From NCBI GenBank assembly GCA_002633005.1, contig NMRA01000277.1, forward strand, positions 124,001 through 188,000: a DNA stretch of 64,000 nucleotides, read 5' to 3'. Made by a program: the position numbers and the translations under genes. A model generated the notes under the pieces. It had not been told where the DNA came from and searched no databases. It saw only the letters and a program-made list of their open reading frames with translations. Source of the stretch: Phoronis australis (Eukaryota; Animalia; Phoronida). The first letter of the stretch is position 1, and each line of letters starts with the position of its first letter. Shown in pieces: positions 13,669-27,984 of the stretch.

Positions 13669-15167
13669 GTCGGGTGCAAAGCATGACCTCAAAGAAGACG
13701 ATATAGCTGCCTACACTGTCGACTACACCGTCAATATCGCCATTGAAAAACAGCCATAACAACATCAATAAGACGACGACACCGCCTCCAGCACTGACGA
13801 CAACCCTGACGCACCCAAAGCAATCACGAGACCTCATGATGGCGTAACTGATATGAAAAAACGCCAAAATACTACGTACACTAACAACAACAAACCAACT
13901 GACTATGGTGCTGGCGATACCCACTGTGACGCTGAAACAACACTATTGTCATCATCGTTAACATTATTAGCATCGTCAACAAGATTGTCATCATCGAAAG
14001 ATAATGACATTGACGCAACACGTCCCAACAATGCTGCCAAAACGGCCGACAACTACATTAATGCGGTTATTCAAAACTGGCATGTTTTAAATAGGCCGCG
14101 GTACTCCAAAGATACAGAGGCAACAGAGGGTTTCGTATCAGTCTCCCAGCGCGTGGTGACGTGTCTAACAATAAAATGTTGACCTACTCCATAGTGGACC
14201 AAAACGTGCACCAGCTTGACCTACTTAATGTGTTGGCCAAGTTGGGTGATTAAACGTTTTTATGATAATTGAGTTAATCACGCACTGCAAATTCAGATGA
14301 CTGCGCGTGAATGTTGAAATAACGAGCGCGGCTAAGGGGTGTATATAGGTAATATTGACCAAAAACAAGTTTTCACCAAATAATTCACCGGTCTTAAAAG
14401 ACTTTGATCTCCCACGATTTAATCGGCTTTTTCTCGGCTTCGCCAAATTGATTTAACTTGAACTTAGGAACACGAATTATCGAAAACGGCCAGGTGGATT
14501 TCGCCCAACTACAACCGAAGTTACGACAATCTATTCTTTCTGAACGTACCAATTGCCTTTGGGTTTGACTGCGTTCACACCTGGTCTGTAATAAGTCTGG
14601 TAGATAATTGGCCTGCCTGTTGTCATATCGGACAGTGTGCTGGGCAGTTAACAAAGAAGCTAGATGTTATCACACGCCCGCCACCCTCTACGTCTGGTAA
14701 AGTCACTGAACGGGAAAACGCCGTCATGTGAAATAAGCAATCATCAAATCTGAAAATCGCGAATAATTCGAGAATGATAAATCGTAGCAAGTAACGGATG
14801 CTACACTTCATATGACCCTTTGGCGAGACCTACTGTCCTGAATCAATGAAAAGGAGCCCTCGAAAAATCTCGAATAACTCCAGTCAGAACGGTAAGTCGT
14901 TGCAAAAAACCAAAGTCCTTCCTTAGATAGATCTTGACGAGATTTATATAAGCACATTTTTTATAGAAAAATCCTTCAAAGGACCAGTAATCGAAAAGTG
15001 AAAAATGGCCGCCTCAGCACCAACTTTGGACAATGGCGGGAAACGACATTTTCCCGATAGAGATCAGTGGGGCAAGGAATTTATTTAGGATACTCACATA
15101 ACTCAGCGGGGGAAGAGAGAACACTTATTCGGAACACCCAAGGTTTTTTCGAAGTCTGAACTAAAAG

Positions 15168-15512
15168 GTGTTCCATCGAAATTGGAATATCGGTGTAAAA
15201 CAGATAGCCCAGAGTCGAAAACAGACTCCTGTACCTTCGGTGCACCTAACCAGCCCAAAAAACACGAAGCCCGACCTTTAAAACACAACGCCTGACTTTT
15301 AAAACAGGAACGCCAGGTATCGGAGTGGAAACTCGGACAATTTTTCAAAATTTTTGAGACGATGTCAGTAGACTCAAACTTTGAGTTAAAGTATGTTCAA
15401 ATACTTTCTTGTTGTTTTCTGCATTTGATTGTTAAAAAATTGATAGCAAAACGTAACTAGTATTGTATTAACTTTGTTATTTGATTTTTAACGATAAATC
15501 TCGTGCAACTTG
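15168..15512 (+). repeat. Truncated copy of the 1657-2481 element family
   Basis: Shares aaccagccc...gacctttaaaac, gagacgatgtca...ctcaaactttgagttaaa and ctcgtgcaacttgt with 1680-1947. Confidence 0.65.
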
Positions 15513-16060
15513 TGGGAGACTTTCAACATAAACTACATGTATACTCTCAACATACATGTAGATATAAAACAACTAGTGATATATATGCCTGTGGTCGTAG
15601 AGACAGTGCACTGCCACTTACCTGCATTCATGAAATATTTTCCAGTCACACCAGGGTGCTCTTACTTGAACAAGATCACAATTTTATCCCAAATGTAAAC
15701 ACGTCACAATTTACAGTTTCAAGACCAATAGCATTTTTGAAACTGTATTTCACACACCGACTCGCTAAGTGCTGTGAATTCGCAACAGGTGAGGAGAGCG
15801 TAATATTTATGCTGCCACCTATAGATTAAAATCCGACTTACCGTATTTCCCGACGTATGAGGCAACGGCTTAAGCAGTCTAGGTCATTCGCAATCTGGCA
15901 TGAGCGTTTGAACTATACCCAGACTTAGAGAGAGCACCAGTATGTTCAGTGTTTGCCATTTTTTGGTTTATTATTTGTTCACTCTTTTTTCATGGAATGC
16001 TTTTAGCCAAGCGATATTATAGAATTTTAGACATTACTTACTTAACATTTTGGTTATGAC

Positions 16061-16362
16061 CAGCGGCGAATTTAGGGGGGGCAAGGGGGCCATGGCCCGC
16101 CTAAAATTCTACCAGATACTATTTGGGAGCTCGGGTGCGCGCAAGCAGGGGCTCGTCGGGGGTGAATAAACAACGCATAGGCCCTGAACAAACTGAACAA
16201 ACCCCGTATACCGTTTTTTTATTTCAGTCAACAGGTCCGCAACCCCAAACATTCGAGGCCTCTGCGTCCTCACACTTTAGGCTGAGCGAGCGCATCTGTC
16301 GAAATTCTGGTTATTCCCGTGCCCTCTGGCCCCCCTAACTGAAAATCCTGGATCCGCGTCTG
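16061..16362 (+). mobile_element. GC-rich MITE with 5-bp TSD (copy A)
   Basis: cagcggcgaatt...ggatccgcgtctg, flanked by ATGAC on both sides. Confidence 0.75.
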
Positions 16363-17074
16363 ATGACTGGTTGGCAAAACCAAAAATAGATAAGTAGCTG
16401 AAATAGCAATATGGCTTTATACTCGAATATATGGCCGTGATCTTTTATTCTAGGTACTTTGCATGTTTAAAGTGCTTATAACCCCATTTATATTGTTTCG
16501 ACATGTGATCAGCATGTCAGCAGCATTTAAGATTCTTTTATAGCATTGCACATCACATTCGTAAATTCGGTATCTCAAAAACCACTTTAATTGATAGTTT
16601 CTTATTTCAACGGACATGAGTTTGGCGTATGAATGTAACCAGCGCCTGTTTGTCATATCCATCAACACGCGAGTTTCTTTCACAAAATTGTGCCATATTC
16701 GCACTTCTCCCACGTCCCGGCGAAACTGAAAAGAGCCATTGTTTATTGTACCAGAAACCATGGGAAAACGAGCGACAATATCTGACGATTTTAACACTAA
16801 ACACAATTAGGATGTCATTTGTTGTCCCGATTCTACTTAGTATGTTTCTATCAATAAATGCTCGTAACTCGAGATCAGCTAACATATTGTCAGATAGTAA
16901 TTATGGGTGTGATTTCAAGCAATTAACGTGTTCTCAAAAAACACATCATTTGTCCCCTAAGACCATGGGTGATAAAAAACCTGACAATTACTGTCAAAGT
17001 GAAAGACAGAAGACCAAAAACCGTCTTTGCGTTTCATAACTACCCTGGACCAAAGATGACATCGCGCGTTTATT

Positions 17075-17215
17075 TTTTAATTATCTCAGAATCTCGAGAT
17101 CCCGACTTACTTATCTCGGGATAGTCCGGATCTCAAGATGCCCAGTTAGTTAAGTCAGGATATTGAGATCCCGAGATAATTAAGTCAGGACGTCGAGATC
17201 CTGATAAAATTAAGC
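17075..17215. repeat. Short inverted cluster of ~27-bp gatctcgagatcccgacttaattat-like units
   Basis: Repeated tctc(g)agatcccga and ttaagtcagga motifs in both orientations. Confidence 0.5.
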
Positions 17216-18688
17216 TGCTCTAATTTCGTCGTGGTCAAGTTCAAGGTTTCTGGCGATTCATTGGCGACTTTACGACAGTGGATACTATCTCCACGTGGTT
17301 AATAAATGTTAACAATATGACATGAAATTATTGTTTCGCAAAAAAGAAATTAACGTTTTTTCTAGTTTACTGAATCCTGTTTTGATGATTTCAACCAATA
17401 TTCGTCCAGTTACCAGCTATCATTGGCGTTAATCTTGAAAAATAAAAGCAGGGAAAGATCATCTAAAAACTCAATACATACTCCCTGTGTCACACATTTG
17501 ATATTATGGTTCTTGGTGGATTTTCGTTCCCTACCGTTACTTTGGAATTCGCTAAAACCGTAGGTCACGCTTGCCCGTTTAATAGACTTCGAAAAGAGTT
17601 TTCAAGTATTCCATATGTTGTGAGGGTTGTCAAGGGTTGCGAACATTATTTTGTTTCAGAGAACTGGATGGAAACTGTTTTTTTTTATATCTGTTAATAG
17701 ATCAAAACCTGCCATGGTATCCTCCTGTTCACGTGCCTTGCATGATTCAATATTTTTACTTCACATTCTATTATTGGGGAATCCAGATTTCTGATCTTCC
17801 GATTTCGCACTGTGGTTGCCAATCTCTGCATTATGTTTTAAAGAGATCCCCACGGACAAATAGACTTGAAGTATGAATGGTTGCGGCTCCTGCAAAAAGG
17901 CCCGGCTACAATTTTTCTGGTTCGGCCAGCAGAGGCGGGGAGTAAACTGGTAATTGGTTGTGAGGTTGCCAAATTGGTAACTGTCGATGAGGGCAAGAGG
18001 GGTGAGACGTATGGTGACCTCTGGCGAGAACCGTGCGAAATTGGTGACTACCGGGAAGATCAGCACCGTTCCCTTCCGTCCTGGACGGTAATAATCCTAG
18101 CTACGTTACTGGCATATTGTCAAAAACGCCTTATCCACTTGCAGTTGTTTGGTAGGCCTATGTCTTCATTCTGACGGTATCTGTAAGTCAAGGGCTGGTG
18201 TAACAGCTGAAGGCAACCGTTTTTATTATGTTTGCTTCTATGAATTTTCAAGTTAAATAAATCTCCCGGAATCTAATTGCGCATGCCTCACTTAAGCAGT
18301 GACTTGCGCTGTTCGAATCATTCCCCGACAGCGTTGTTTGTGGGACGATTCCCATGATTGTGGACATGTGCTGACTGTACTATTTTCCAAAATTGGCCGT
18401 AGCTAGTTGTGAACGATGAGTATTCTCTGACAATCCTGGATTGGAATTAGATCTCAGTTGAGTGGGATTCAGGAATTGTTTCATTTGCAGTGGACGGGGA
18501 ATGGCTGGAGTCGGCGACTACACGTACATGTGAAGCCGCTGTGCTGACTGCAAAAGAATAACTGACATTCATGTCAAAATGACGCATCTGATGTTTAGTA
18601 CACTGCATGCAAAGAAAGATGACGGGGACCACTCGAGTCATGAATGTTACCTCCGTGAACATAATTACATGCATACATATAAACAAAC

Positions 18689-19807
18689 CACAGGCGCTTG
18701 GGTTTATCGCAAATGACGTCACTCAATAATATATATAAGAAAACATGAAGGTTGGACACTCAAAATCTGTTTGCTCAGAATTTTCTACTCAAATGTGCAT
18801 GGAACTCCACGAAACTAGCACCGAACAACTCTTAGAATACTTTCTTTCATTCAATCTCTTCAAATTCCCTTCAAGTGGTGATTTGGCGACAAAAATGCCA
18901 AAAGAATGCCAAAATCACAAATTCAAGGAAGTGATTCCGTGATGTCATGGCAGACGGTCTTCGCACATCCGGGTTTTTGACGGACGCTCCCGAGCTAAAT
19001 CCGAAAGTCTAATTTCGCGCGGCTTTCGCCGTCAATCCATCGACTACTTGATCATGAGAAGCAGAGAGCACTTTATTGCCAAATAAATGTAATTACTCAC
19101 ATATTTGTGTCAAATATAAATTATCCTGATACTGTATTGATATGCGAAGTTTTTTGTGTACTGTGATTTCTTATGAAGGTTTTACTTTTGGCCAAAACCA
19201 TTGAGTTAACTCGTCGGCCACGCGCATTGTAATACTTGCACGGACTGCGTTTCCTGGCCGAGTGTGTGTTGTGCTTCAATCAAAAAAGTGCGTGATGTCA
19301 AGATGAGAAACAAGATACGCCAGTTTATGTAATAAAATTCTAAGTTAAGGGCTAAAATGAGCCGTCAGTGGAATAAAGTTACAAATAATCATTAAAATAC
19401 TAACTTTAACATTCTCAATTAGTTGAGTTTTGGATTAGAATTATTGAATTTGAAATATAGGTTGCTTGCTCAAACTCGAAGTTTCACCTACGACAGGCGT
19501 ACAAGTTGAAGCACAACTGAAATCCGCCATGTTTACTATTTCATGTCCTTGAATTCAGAGTTTTGAGATTGTTTTGGAAATTCCATCGCCAATTCACCAC
19601 TCACGAAGACAGTTAATGGGATCTAGGAAAGATAAGGCTTCGAAGGTTTATGCAACATCAGACTGAGGGAGGTGCACGCAGATTTTATTTGGATTTTGGA
19701 CGGTTGAAGTTGGGAGTCTCGGCTTGGCAAAGTTTAAGCGTCCAACCTTTATGTTTTCTTATATGTATTATTGAGTGACGTCATTTGCGATAAACCAAGC
19801 GCCTGTG
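18689..19807 (+). mobile_element. Non-autonomous P-superfamily element (MITE), copy 1
   Basis: ~70-bp TIRs starting CACAGGCGCTTG(G)GTTTATCGCAAATGACGTCAC. 8-bp TSD aaacaaac/atacaaac (1 mismatch), next to a (CATA)n tract. Near-identical to 52970-54082. Confidence 0.85.
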
Positions 19808-21475
19808 ATACAAACATACACACATACATACATAAATACATACATACATACACACATACATGCACACATACTGGATAATTTAATATAACCCGAGAATTTG
19901 ATTAACTTGAAAAATTATCTATCATTAATAAAAAATCGTTATTCATCAAAATTGGCACTCAAAACGCTTGCAGATTTTGCTAGACAAATTTTCAATGTAG
20001 TTGAATTTCCTCGGCTTCTCTTTGGTTATGAATTTGATGTGTTAATGGAGTACGTGGTTTCCTTACTAAATTTCAACATCTCGATTGCTTGTGGTAAATG
20101 TTTAAGAAAAGCCACGCCTGAGCAAAAATGAGTTAATGGACTGCAACAATCTTAACTAGAACAGACACAAAATCAACCAAATCCATAAGCAAGCATCACA
20201 CGCTGCACAAAATTCAAAATGTCCAGCCAACTCAGCAATCGCTATTTTTATTACACAGGGAGAAGTGCATTCAACGGAAGCGAACCAACTTACGTGAAAC
20301 GGCAAAGTGACTTGGTGAAAACTCTTACAAAATTACCTTCGACAACATGCCCAATTACTGTAAACCATCGCCACTTTCAGCTACACTGCCATTTTTTCTA
20401 TGGCAGAACAGGAAGCAATGAGTTGCTTACAACCGCATAGTATATATGCATATAAGCTACATTGTATAGCTAGCCGAAAGGGGCGAATCTGCGGAAGTAA
20501 TTACAACCGAAATTTAATTTAACAACGGTGCTAAATTAAATTACAACCGTAACTTTACTAAGCACGATCTAAAACAAAAGTACGACCTTAATTAACGTAG
20601 TAACATTAACACATGAACGACTTTTACACTTCAAAAGGTTTTGTTTTAATTCAAACCAATCACAGTATTCCCACAGTTCCAAGGAAACTGTTGCTACGAA
20701 TTCGTCGTTACGGCTCATACACACACGGATATGTTATCTCTGGCTAGCTACCTGATTTCCACCGCCAGCTATCGGAAGAGCGAAGAACTCCTGGGACATG
20801 TTCGGCAGATGGCATCTTTGGTATTACATTCAAATATTCGAAGGCATCCATTGGACAGTGCCGGTGACAACGGAATACTGAAGTCAGCACTTAAAAGAGA
20901 ACCTTCTGATGACTTGTGTAACGGAAAACGTAAATCTGGGTTATGTAGAAGCATACAGAATCTCCAAAATTTGACTTTTGAACATCAGATCTCAGAATTA
21001 ATTGATTAGATTCATATGAACCTTTAAGATGATATGTTTTATGCTCTGGGGGTTATCACTACTTTGAAAAACTCAAAAGTTGCATAAAACGAAAACTCAA
21101 TGAAAACTTAAAAAATGTAACAGCGGTTTTGAAAATTTATCTGGAACATTTGTAACAAATGAAATTTGGTCATGTTCTTGAAACTGATTTTGCTATGAAT
21201 TTACCTTTTCTGCTTCATTTTTTATAAATGTATGGTCACGTGACCAAATTAATCGCAGTAGGATTTACGGTAAACACCAAAGTCTACAAGCTATTTACTT
21301 TCTACTTTTACTGAGTAAACATCTATAGTTGTGTTGATATTTGTCTAAATACACAGACTTGTCGATGTGGTTCTTTATAGCCTTAGTTGCGATTTTGATG
21401 ACCGTTTATTGTGGAACTCTGGAAAATTTAAGGTTTCAGCATTTAAAGATCATATCTATAAATGATCATTATTAT

Positions 21476-21643
21476 CAGTGGCGGATTTAGAGGGGGGCCA
21501 AGGGGGTCATGCCGCCCCCTAAAACTCTCCCAGATTCCATTCGGCAGTTCGGGGGTGCGAATGTCTGACGGACAAAATCCTGGCTAATGCTCTGTCCTGC
21601 CCGCCCCCCGCCCCCCTAACTAAAAATCCTGGATACGCCCCTG
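21476..21643 (+). mobile_element. GC-rich MITE with 5-bp TSD (copy B)
   Basis: cagtggcggattt...ggatacgcccctg, flanked by ATTAT on both sides. Confidence 0.75.
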
Positions 21644-24345
21644 ATTATATCTTCGAGTACATTCTCTTGAGCATGTTCAAAGAAATCGAATTTTGGGTGA
21701 GAAATTCGAGGAAAGTTCTATTTGTAAACTATTCACTGTTTGCTAGTCCATTGAAAAATTCACATTTAAAATGACCATGACAATTAGTAAAACTATTCCA
21801 TAAACAACCCGTGGATTAATCGTTTAAATTTTTAAGAAAAGTATTTTACTTACGCAACGTTGGAATGCCGGTGACAAAATAAATGATACATTTCTTCTCC
21901 ACTTGCCCACGATTCAATCAACTGATTGATCGTAACAAGCTTCTCATGTCGGTCGATGATTTGAACAATGCGAGGGCGAGCATTTACGATGAATAAGGAC
22001 GATATGCTGATGAAACAAAGCCGTTAACGGAAGATTTCAGGATCAAGGATAAATGTGAATAACACAGACTGGAACGACGGCATTAAGAGAAATGTGTTTT
22101 TCAACAGATTCTTTGTTGAACAATCCAGCAATACACTCAACCAGTACCAGCTGACACGTTGTTGGCTTCTATGACGTAGCAAATCACGTTGGAAATTTCC
22201 CGTGAGTTTCAGAAATTTGATAATTATACTAGTCATAGTTGAATAATGCCTATCATAAACTCCTTCTACTAATCCACCATTAATTGGGTCAATTGACCAT
22301 GTCTTTTTAGTAAAATTTAGCAAAAACGAAAGGTACACCGGCTAGCAAAGTAACGGTATCACACAAGAAACTAGTTGTGCGAAAAGCTTTTGAAGGAAAC
22401 ACTGTACCAGCCAATTGCAAGCCATCCGCATCAAGCAGGAAACTTCCAAATCTTTCACCTTTATCAAAGAACAGATGTTTCATATTTTCTTTATTCACAA
22501 CGTTTTATCACCAATCCGACATTAATTAGGAGTTACTTGGTGAACTGTGAGCATTTTTAATTTCACAAGCCCTAAGTGAACCCTAAAATTTAAAGAGAAA
22601 AATCAGTATTACTGTCTGACCAAAGGATACACTTGTTGAAATCTTGACCACAAAGAACATCCAACTTTCGTTGCTATGTTACCTGACGTCTGTTTTACGA
22701 CGCATCACAAGTCAGACGAGGTTGGAATCGGCTATAGTCGCTACTCATGTGTAGCGCCGAAGGTTCAATTATCTTACGGAAATGTTTTCTAAATGCGCAT
22801 GCGCGAAATTTAATCATAAAAGCTAATTTGGTTAACAGGCGATTAGTAATCATCCCTGTAGGTCTCAGGCTGTCTCCTGTTATGCCCTACTGTTGTTCAA
22901 GCTTGTTATTACAATGGTATTTAGGAGCTAGTCTTGATTTTGAGAGTCACGTGACTTGTTGTTATGATTGAATTTGGCATATGCGCTTACAAGGACCCAG
23001 ATTTCGCCATATTCATTGAAGAAAAATTAAAATGACCTTCGTCCAACCGCATGCACGACCCGAATCCTTAAAAATCAACCTAATTATAAAAGTTGCTGGC
23101 AAATTGGCCAGTTTCACGTTTGCGATTTTCCCAAAGGTACCACTAACCGTGCCCCAAGCGTCGCAATCTAATATATGATAGGTCATTCAAAGAAGAAGAA
23201 TCATTTCATCAAGGAAACTAATTTGTTTCGTGGTACATTTTCTAGTCTGTGGTAATTGAACTGTGGATAAAATAAAACGAACAATAAATACAAACAATCT
23301 AGTATCTCTTCCATGAGCTGTTCACATATCTGCCATGTAGGACCTTAGGAAAATGTTCAAATTTGACAAACTTCGGAACATCATGTCTCAGAAACGGCAA
23401 ATTAAATTCGTATGAAGCTTTCAGATACTCTGCTTTGTGCACTGCTCCCCAAAATCTTTAAGGGAGTGTTTTTATAATGTTCAAATTGGGCATGAGGGGA
23501 TATCAACGATAAGACTTTTATAATTTTATCAAAAGATGAGATAATGAGGTTTTATATTAAACATTCATATCAAACAAAAATCGGTCACGTTTTGCTAATG
23601 TTCAGTTGTTTTGCCCGGCTATGACTTTTCTAATATTTTTTTTCTCTGAATTTGCATAGACACGTGTCCAGATTCCAGGCAGATATTGATTTACTGTCAA
23701 AAATCAAATTCTACAAGCCTTGTATTTTCAGAAAATAATACTCTCACTGAATTTTTGTAAATATTTTCCTAAATGGTCATACTTCTCAATAAGGTCCTAT
23801 ATAATCTTAAGGAAGACAATCAGTAATGATTTCGGACCAAATCTTCCTTTTTCCATGATATGTTGCCTCAACTTTTGTATCTACCCCAATACAAATGTCA
23901 TAAACGTGGAGATTTCTGCAGACTGCAATTTAATGTGTGCTGTGCACCAGTTATCTTCGAGACGTCTGCGTAAAAGCTATTATGTTACCGGTAGATCTAG
24001 GATGTCTTAAAGAGGGCAATAACCTCTTTCAAAAGGAAAATGTGCACGTGAGCTCTGAAAACGGCATGTTGACAGTGTTTCTGTCGTGTTCTCTCCCCTA
24101 AACCCGACTATTTACATTACAGTATTATGTTTGTCCAGAGACGTAACATGTTAATGGAATCCAATTCCTGGCGCACATATTCATGTACATGTATCCCTAA
24201 AACTGTTACCGTGCAAACCTGCATTATCTAATGGGTCCTGTAGAAAAAACGATCTTTGCTTTCATCGGTACCAAGCTGTGGGGTCCGCTAATATAGATTA
24301 CGTCAGCCCATTAACACGTCAAGCATATCAAACAGACATTGTATA

Positions 24346-25324
24346 GGAGAAAGTGGGACACCTTGAGCGATGGGGCACTATGTTCCTTTGCTTGCCAAAT
24401 TAAAATAAACCAATACTTTGGCACCAGATGTCACTTGCATGTGCTCCTGATGGCAAGGTGTGAAACCATTTTGTATCATTTTATGTTTCGCGCAGGTGTA
24501 GATTGTGTAGCATGTTGATAATTTGCCTACTTCAGTAAAATTTCAAGTTAAGTTAGTTTTCCTTCTGTAATAAACGATAGCCTAGACATACAGAAACTGA
24601 ACAGCTGTAATAATACGTGTAGAAATGGGCTGGAAGCAGCCATACATTTCAATGTTGAGAGTTGACCTAATTTTGAGTTACTCGTGTTTTGCTTCAGAAT
24701 TTGAAGCTGGGGCACCGTGAGCCATATTGAGCGGGGCAGGTTGAGCCATGGCTCATAGTGCCCTATCGTTATGTTAGCAACAACTTAACCAAGTTTTAAG
24801 TATTTTGATGCAATCTTATTGTAGAAATTGGTTAGAAAATGGCTAAGACTAATAAAGGAATGTATGACAGCGAGATTGTTCTTTCGATGACCTGTTTGTG
24901 ACATCCGTCTGATACCACATTTTTCCACTGCTGCAGCCACAGCATCAAAAAAAGCGCCAACGTGGATATGCAAAGGTGCTGACAAGCAGCCCTGAAAAAA
25001 GAAAGCTGATCGAAAAAAAAGTCAAAGAACTAAAAATTCAACCGGCACACCATCCATGACGTCACAGCCAAAGCGATCCAGTAAAGGTGTTGGAGACTTT
25101 AAGTGTGACTCGTGCCCCGTAGTTGGGGTACTTTGAGCCATCTGACTGACTAACGTAAAATACCAAAAAACACATCTCCCACTTTTTCAATTGTCTTTGT
25201 TTTTATTGCATACAATAAGGACACATTGTAATTTGTTATGGTGTTTTAGTTTCTGGAATTAGTTTCTTATTTAGATGTTAAGACCAATAATTTGGAAATT
25301 GGCTCATAGTGCCCCACTCTCACC
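24346..25324. mobile_element. Tc1/mariner(pogo)-like MITE with TA flanks
   Basis: TA|ggagaaagtgggac ... gccccactctcacc|TA, with the internal repeated motif ggggcac(t/c)(a/g)tgagcca / tggctcatagtgccc. Confidence 0.55.
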
Positions 25325-25881
25325 TAAGTGCTGTGTACATGTAGCTGTTTCGCGTTGTGCTCGCATCGTTAAGAAGACAGAGTGCCCGCCCTGGTCAACC
25401 TCATTGCATAGTGTCACACCTCTTTACTTTAAACTTACCCCTTTGTCATTTAAAAATATAACCACATTCATCGTCTCCCAGGGGTCCTCAACTAGCTATT
25501 CTTGACGGGGCTGGAAAATTTGGATACCCACGCATTTAGAAAGGACTCGGAAACAGGGGAGCTTCCGTGAAAAAGACCCTCTGAAAGGAAGTTGCCAGTT
25601 TGCTAACTGTAAGTTTTAAAATGACCTGTCGAAATTTTTTTTGTAGGACAGAAGTCTCGTTTTGTGGTGGAAAGTAAATCCTTCTTTGTGGAACTAATTC
25701 GTAGAAAACACGCTTTCGTGAATAATGATGTCATAAAAGATACCATTTCGTATGGGAACTGGTCGGGAAAAGGTAACTCACATTTCCGAGATACGACGGG
25801 CATGGACTGTAGGCCTACACGTCCTATGCGAACATGAACGCAGGACACACTTTTATTGAGCTACAAAGATTCTGTCACCAG

Positions 25882-26200
25882 GACCCGGGGTCTAATCTTT
25901 GTATGAAAATCGAACTTGAAATTATTTTGCCCTGTTCCGTTCTACCTTAATACAAAGTCAGTGTAAGTGTCTAATAATAATTTACGTGGATGACTGTTTA
26001 ATCCTGCTTTGCACTTAATTACCCAGCATTAAAGCTAAACGTTTGAAGTTATGCTCCGAATATAGAGTTTTTACTCGAATGTGTAGCTCGAATTTAAGGA
26101 TCATCATGTACGAATATGAACTAGAAATTCATCTGCGAAAATCATAATGTTCTAGAGAATAGAATGATAGACACTGATCTTGAGATCATATTAAAGAGTT
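25882..26200 (-). repeat. Degenerate copy of the 7501-7905 MITE family
   Basis: cag|gacccggggtctaatctttgta end. Its interior resembles the reverse complement of 7620-7790. Confidence 0.5.
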
Positions 26201-26825
26201 CCCACCATGTAATTTCTTAGTTTTTGAGGTTTCATATAACTAATATGAAATGAATACCATAAAATTTAACTAAATAAGCACTTTTTATGCCAAATAGTCG
26301 CCAACTTTTTGGTTTCGAAGAAAAATTAGTTATTTCCAAGTTTCCCGCTAAGTGGGTGGAAGACGTTTGGTCACTTGACAGTCAATTCAAATGGCAGAAC
26401 ACAGCTGATCAGAAGACAGTTATGATTTTGAGCGAGAACTGGACAATTATTATGGAGACAGAGGATAGTGGATACTGACGTCACACTCAAGTACTTGAAA
26501 AATCAGACAATGAATTCGATTTCCCACTTAGCGAACTTTCGTCGGCTTTGAGGCCGTATAAACATGACTCACTTGCACGGAAATCCTGCAGACATATGTG
26601 AACTACAACCAACTGAACCAAGGGGTGGTCAATATTCACAAAGTAGACACTTAATAATCACTGACAAAAGCCTGGGTTACTCGTGTTCACTATTATAGCA
26701 TGATGGAAGGAGCACGGTCTAAACACAGTGCATAAGCCTACGTGTCGTAGCACTCGATCTGGGCCGGGGTCGAGGGCCTGGCAAATGCCCTTACAAGGTG
26801 GCGAGACCATCGTTGTAACGCCGTT

Positions 26826-26876
26826 CTCTCTCTCTCTCTCCCTCTCCCTCTCCCTCTCCCTCTCCCCCTCTCTCTG
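26826..26876. repeat. (CT)n/(CTCTCC)n microsatellite
   Basis: Directly visible. Confidence 0.9.
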
Positions 26877-27984
26877 TGTGTGGTTGAAACACGATTCTTT
26901 GAATTGTGTCGAACAAAGTGTGCCTTCCGACTGAATCGCACATTCCACACTCTCGTGCGGCGGACAGATGTCATTTCTGTACAAAGAGACGTTCTCAGTC
27001 AAGTTGTTACCACAGCCTCCACAAACGAGCCTTTTCATGTCTGAAAAAGGCGGCTCTCCACGGACTTTCCTCACTACTCCTCAATATCGTACTGGTAAAA
27101 ACAGCAACTGCGTAGACGGTCTTCCACCCATTACGTACAACCCCGATAACAGAAAAATATTTTTTCAAATTTCTGGCTTGTTTATTAGCAAGAGGTAAGA
27201 TGTATAGATAATTCAACAAAACACAAGTAAGATAATGCACTAATACTCTCTTGTCACATGTCAGAAGTATACCAATCTTGTAATTCGCTAACGTGTCCTT
27301 ATCTTGAACTTTCGGTTTCAGAGCTGAACCGTCCATGCCGTAACTTCAATAGTCCTTTTGCGAGTTTATAACAATAACGCGAGATTACGTGAGACTTAAT
27401 TGTGACGTCACGGGAAGTGGGGCAAAAGCTTGTCGTTTGGACCATTACCCTCTGACACAGCGCCACCTATACTGCAAAGTGGCCCTGTGGAAACATGATG
27501 AACGACACACGGAATTCCGTGTGTGGGCATCAATGCGCATGCCTTGGTTTTACTTCCGATGTAAACAAAATGGTTCACTGTGTGCGTGAAAAGGTACCGG
27601 GTATATTGCTTAGTGTTCTGTTGCACTGGAATAATAATCATTTTGATGGAGTGCATTTGGACTCATCCTGAATCTAATTTACTGATTTTAGACGTTTTAT
27701 GTTCACGTTAGTTGTATAAAGTTCGAAATTGTGAACTTTCTAAGTCGTCATAGTTGGGTCTGGGACCGGCGCCAAGCCGGCTCATTTTAGTAAGCCGAAG
27801 TCCAAGCGCGAGAGTGTTGGGTAGCCCTATGTTTAAAAACAATACCGTGGTAAGCGCCTGTGGTGCCAAGCTGATTAGCCTTGCCTTTTTATTGTCTTCT
27901 GTCTTTACAGCCTTCACTACAACGTCGTCAGAGTATTTTTAGGTTTTTGATTTGATCAATTGTTACTTTGTCTAATATCAGGTC

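Noticed and set aside
13655-14182. Thr/Asn/Ser-rich ORFs
   Set aside because: Degenerate trinucleotide low-complexity DNA with no recognisable domain.
22024-22498. Protein-like minus-strand ORFs
   Set aside because: No motif I can assign. Possibly a decayed gene, but unsupported.
26658-27074. 138-aa ORF with an ERERER run
   Set aside because: Driven by the CT microsatellite.
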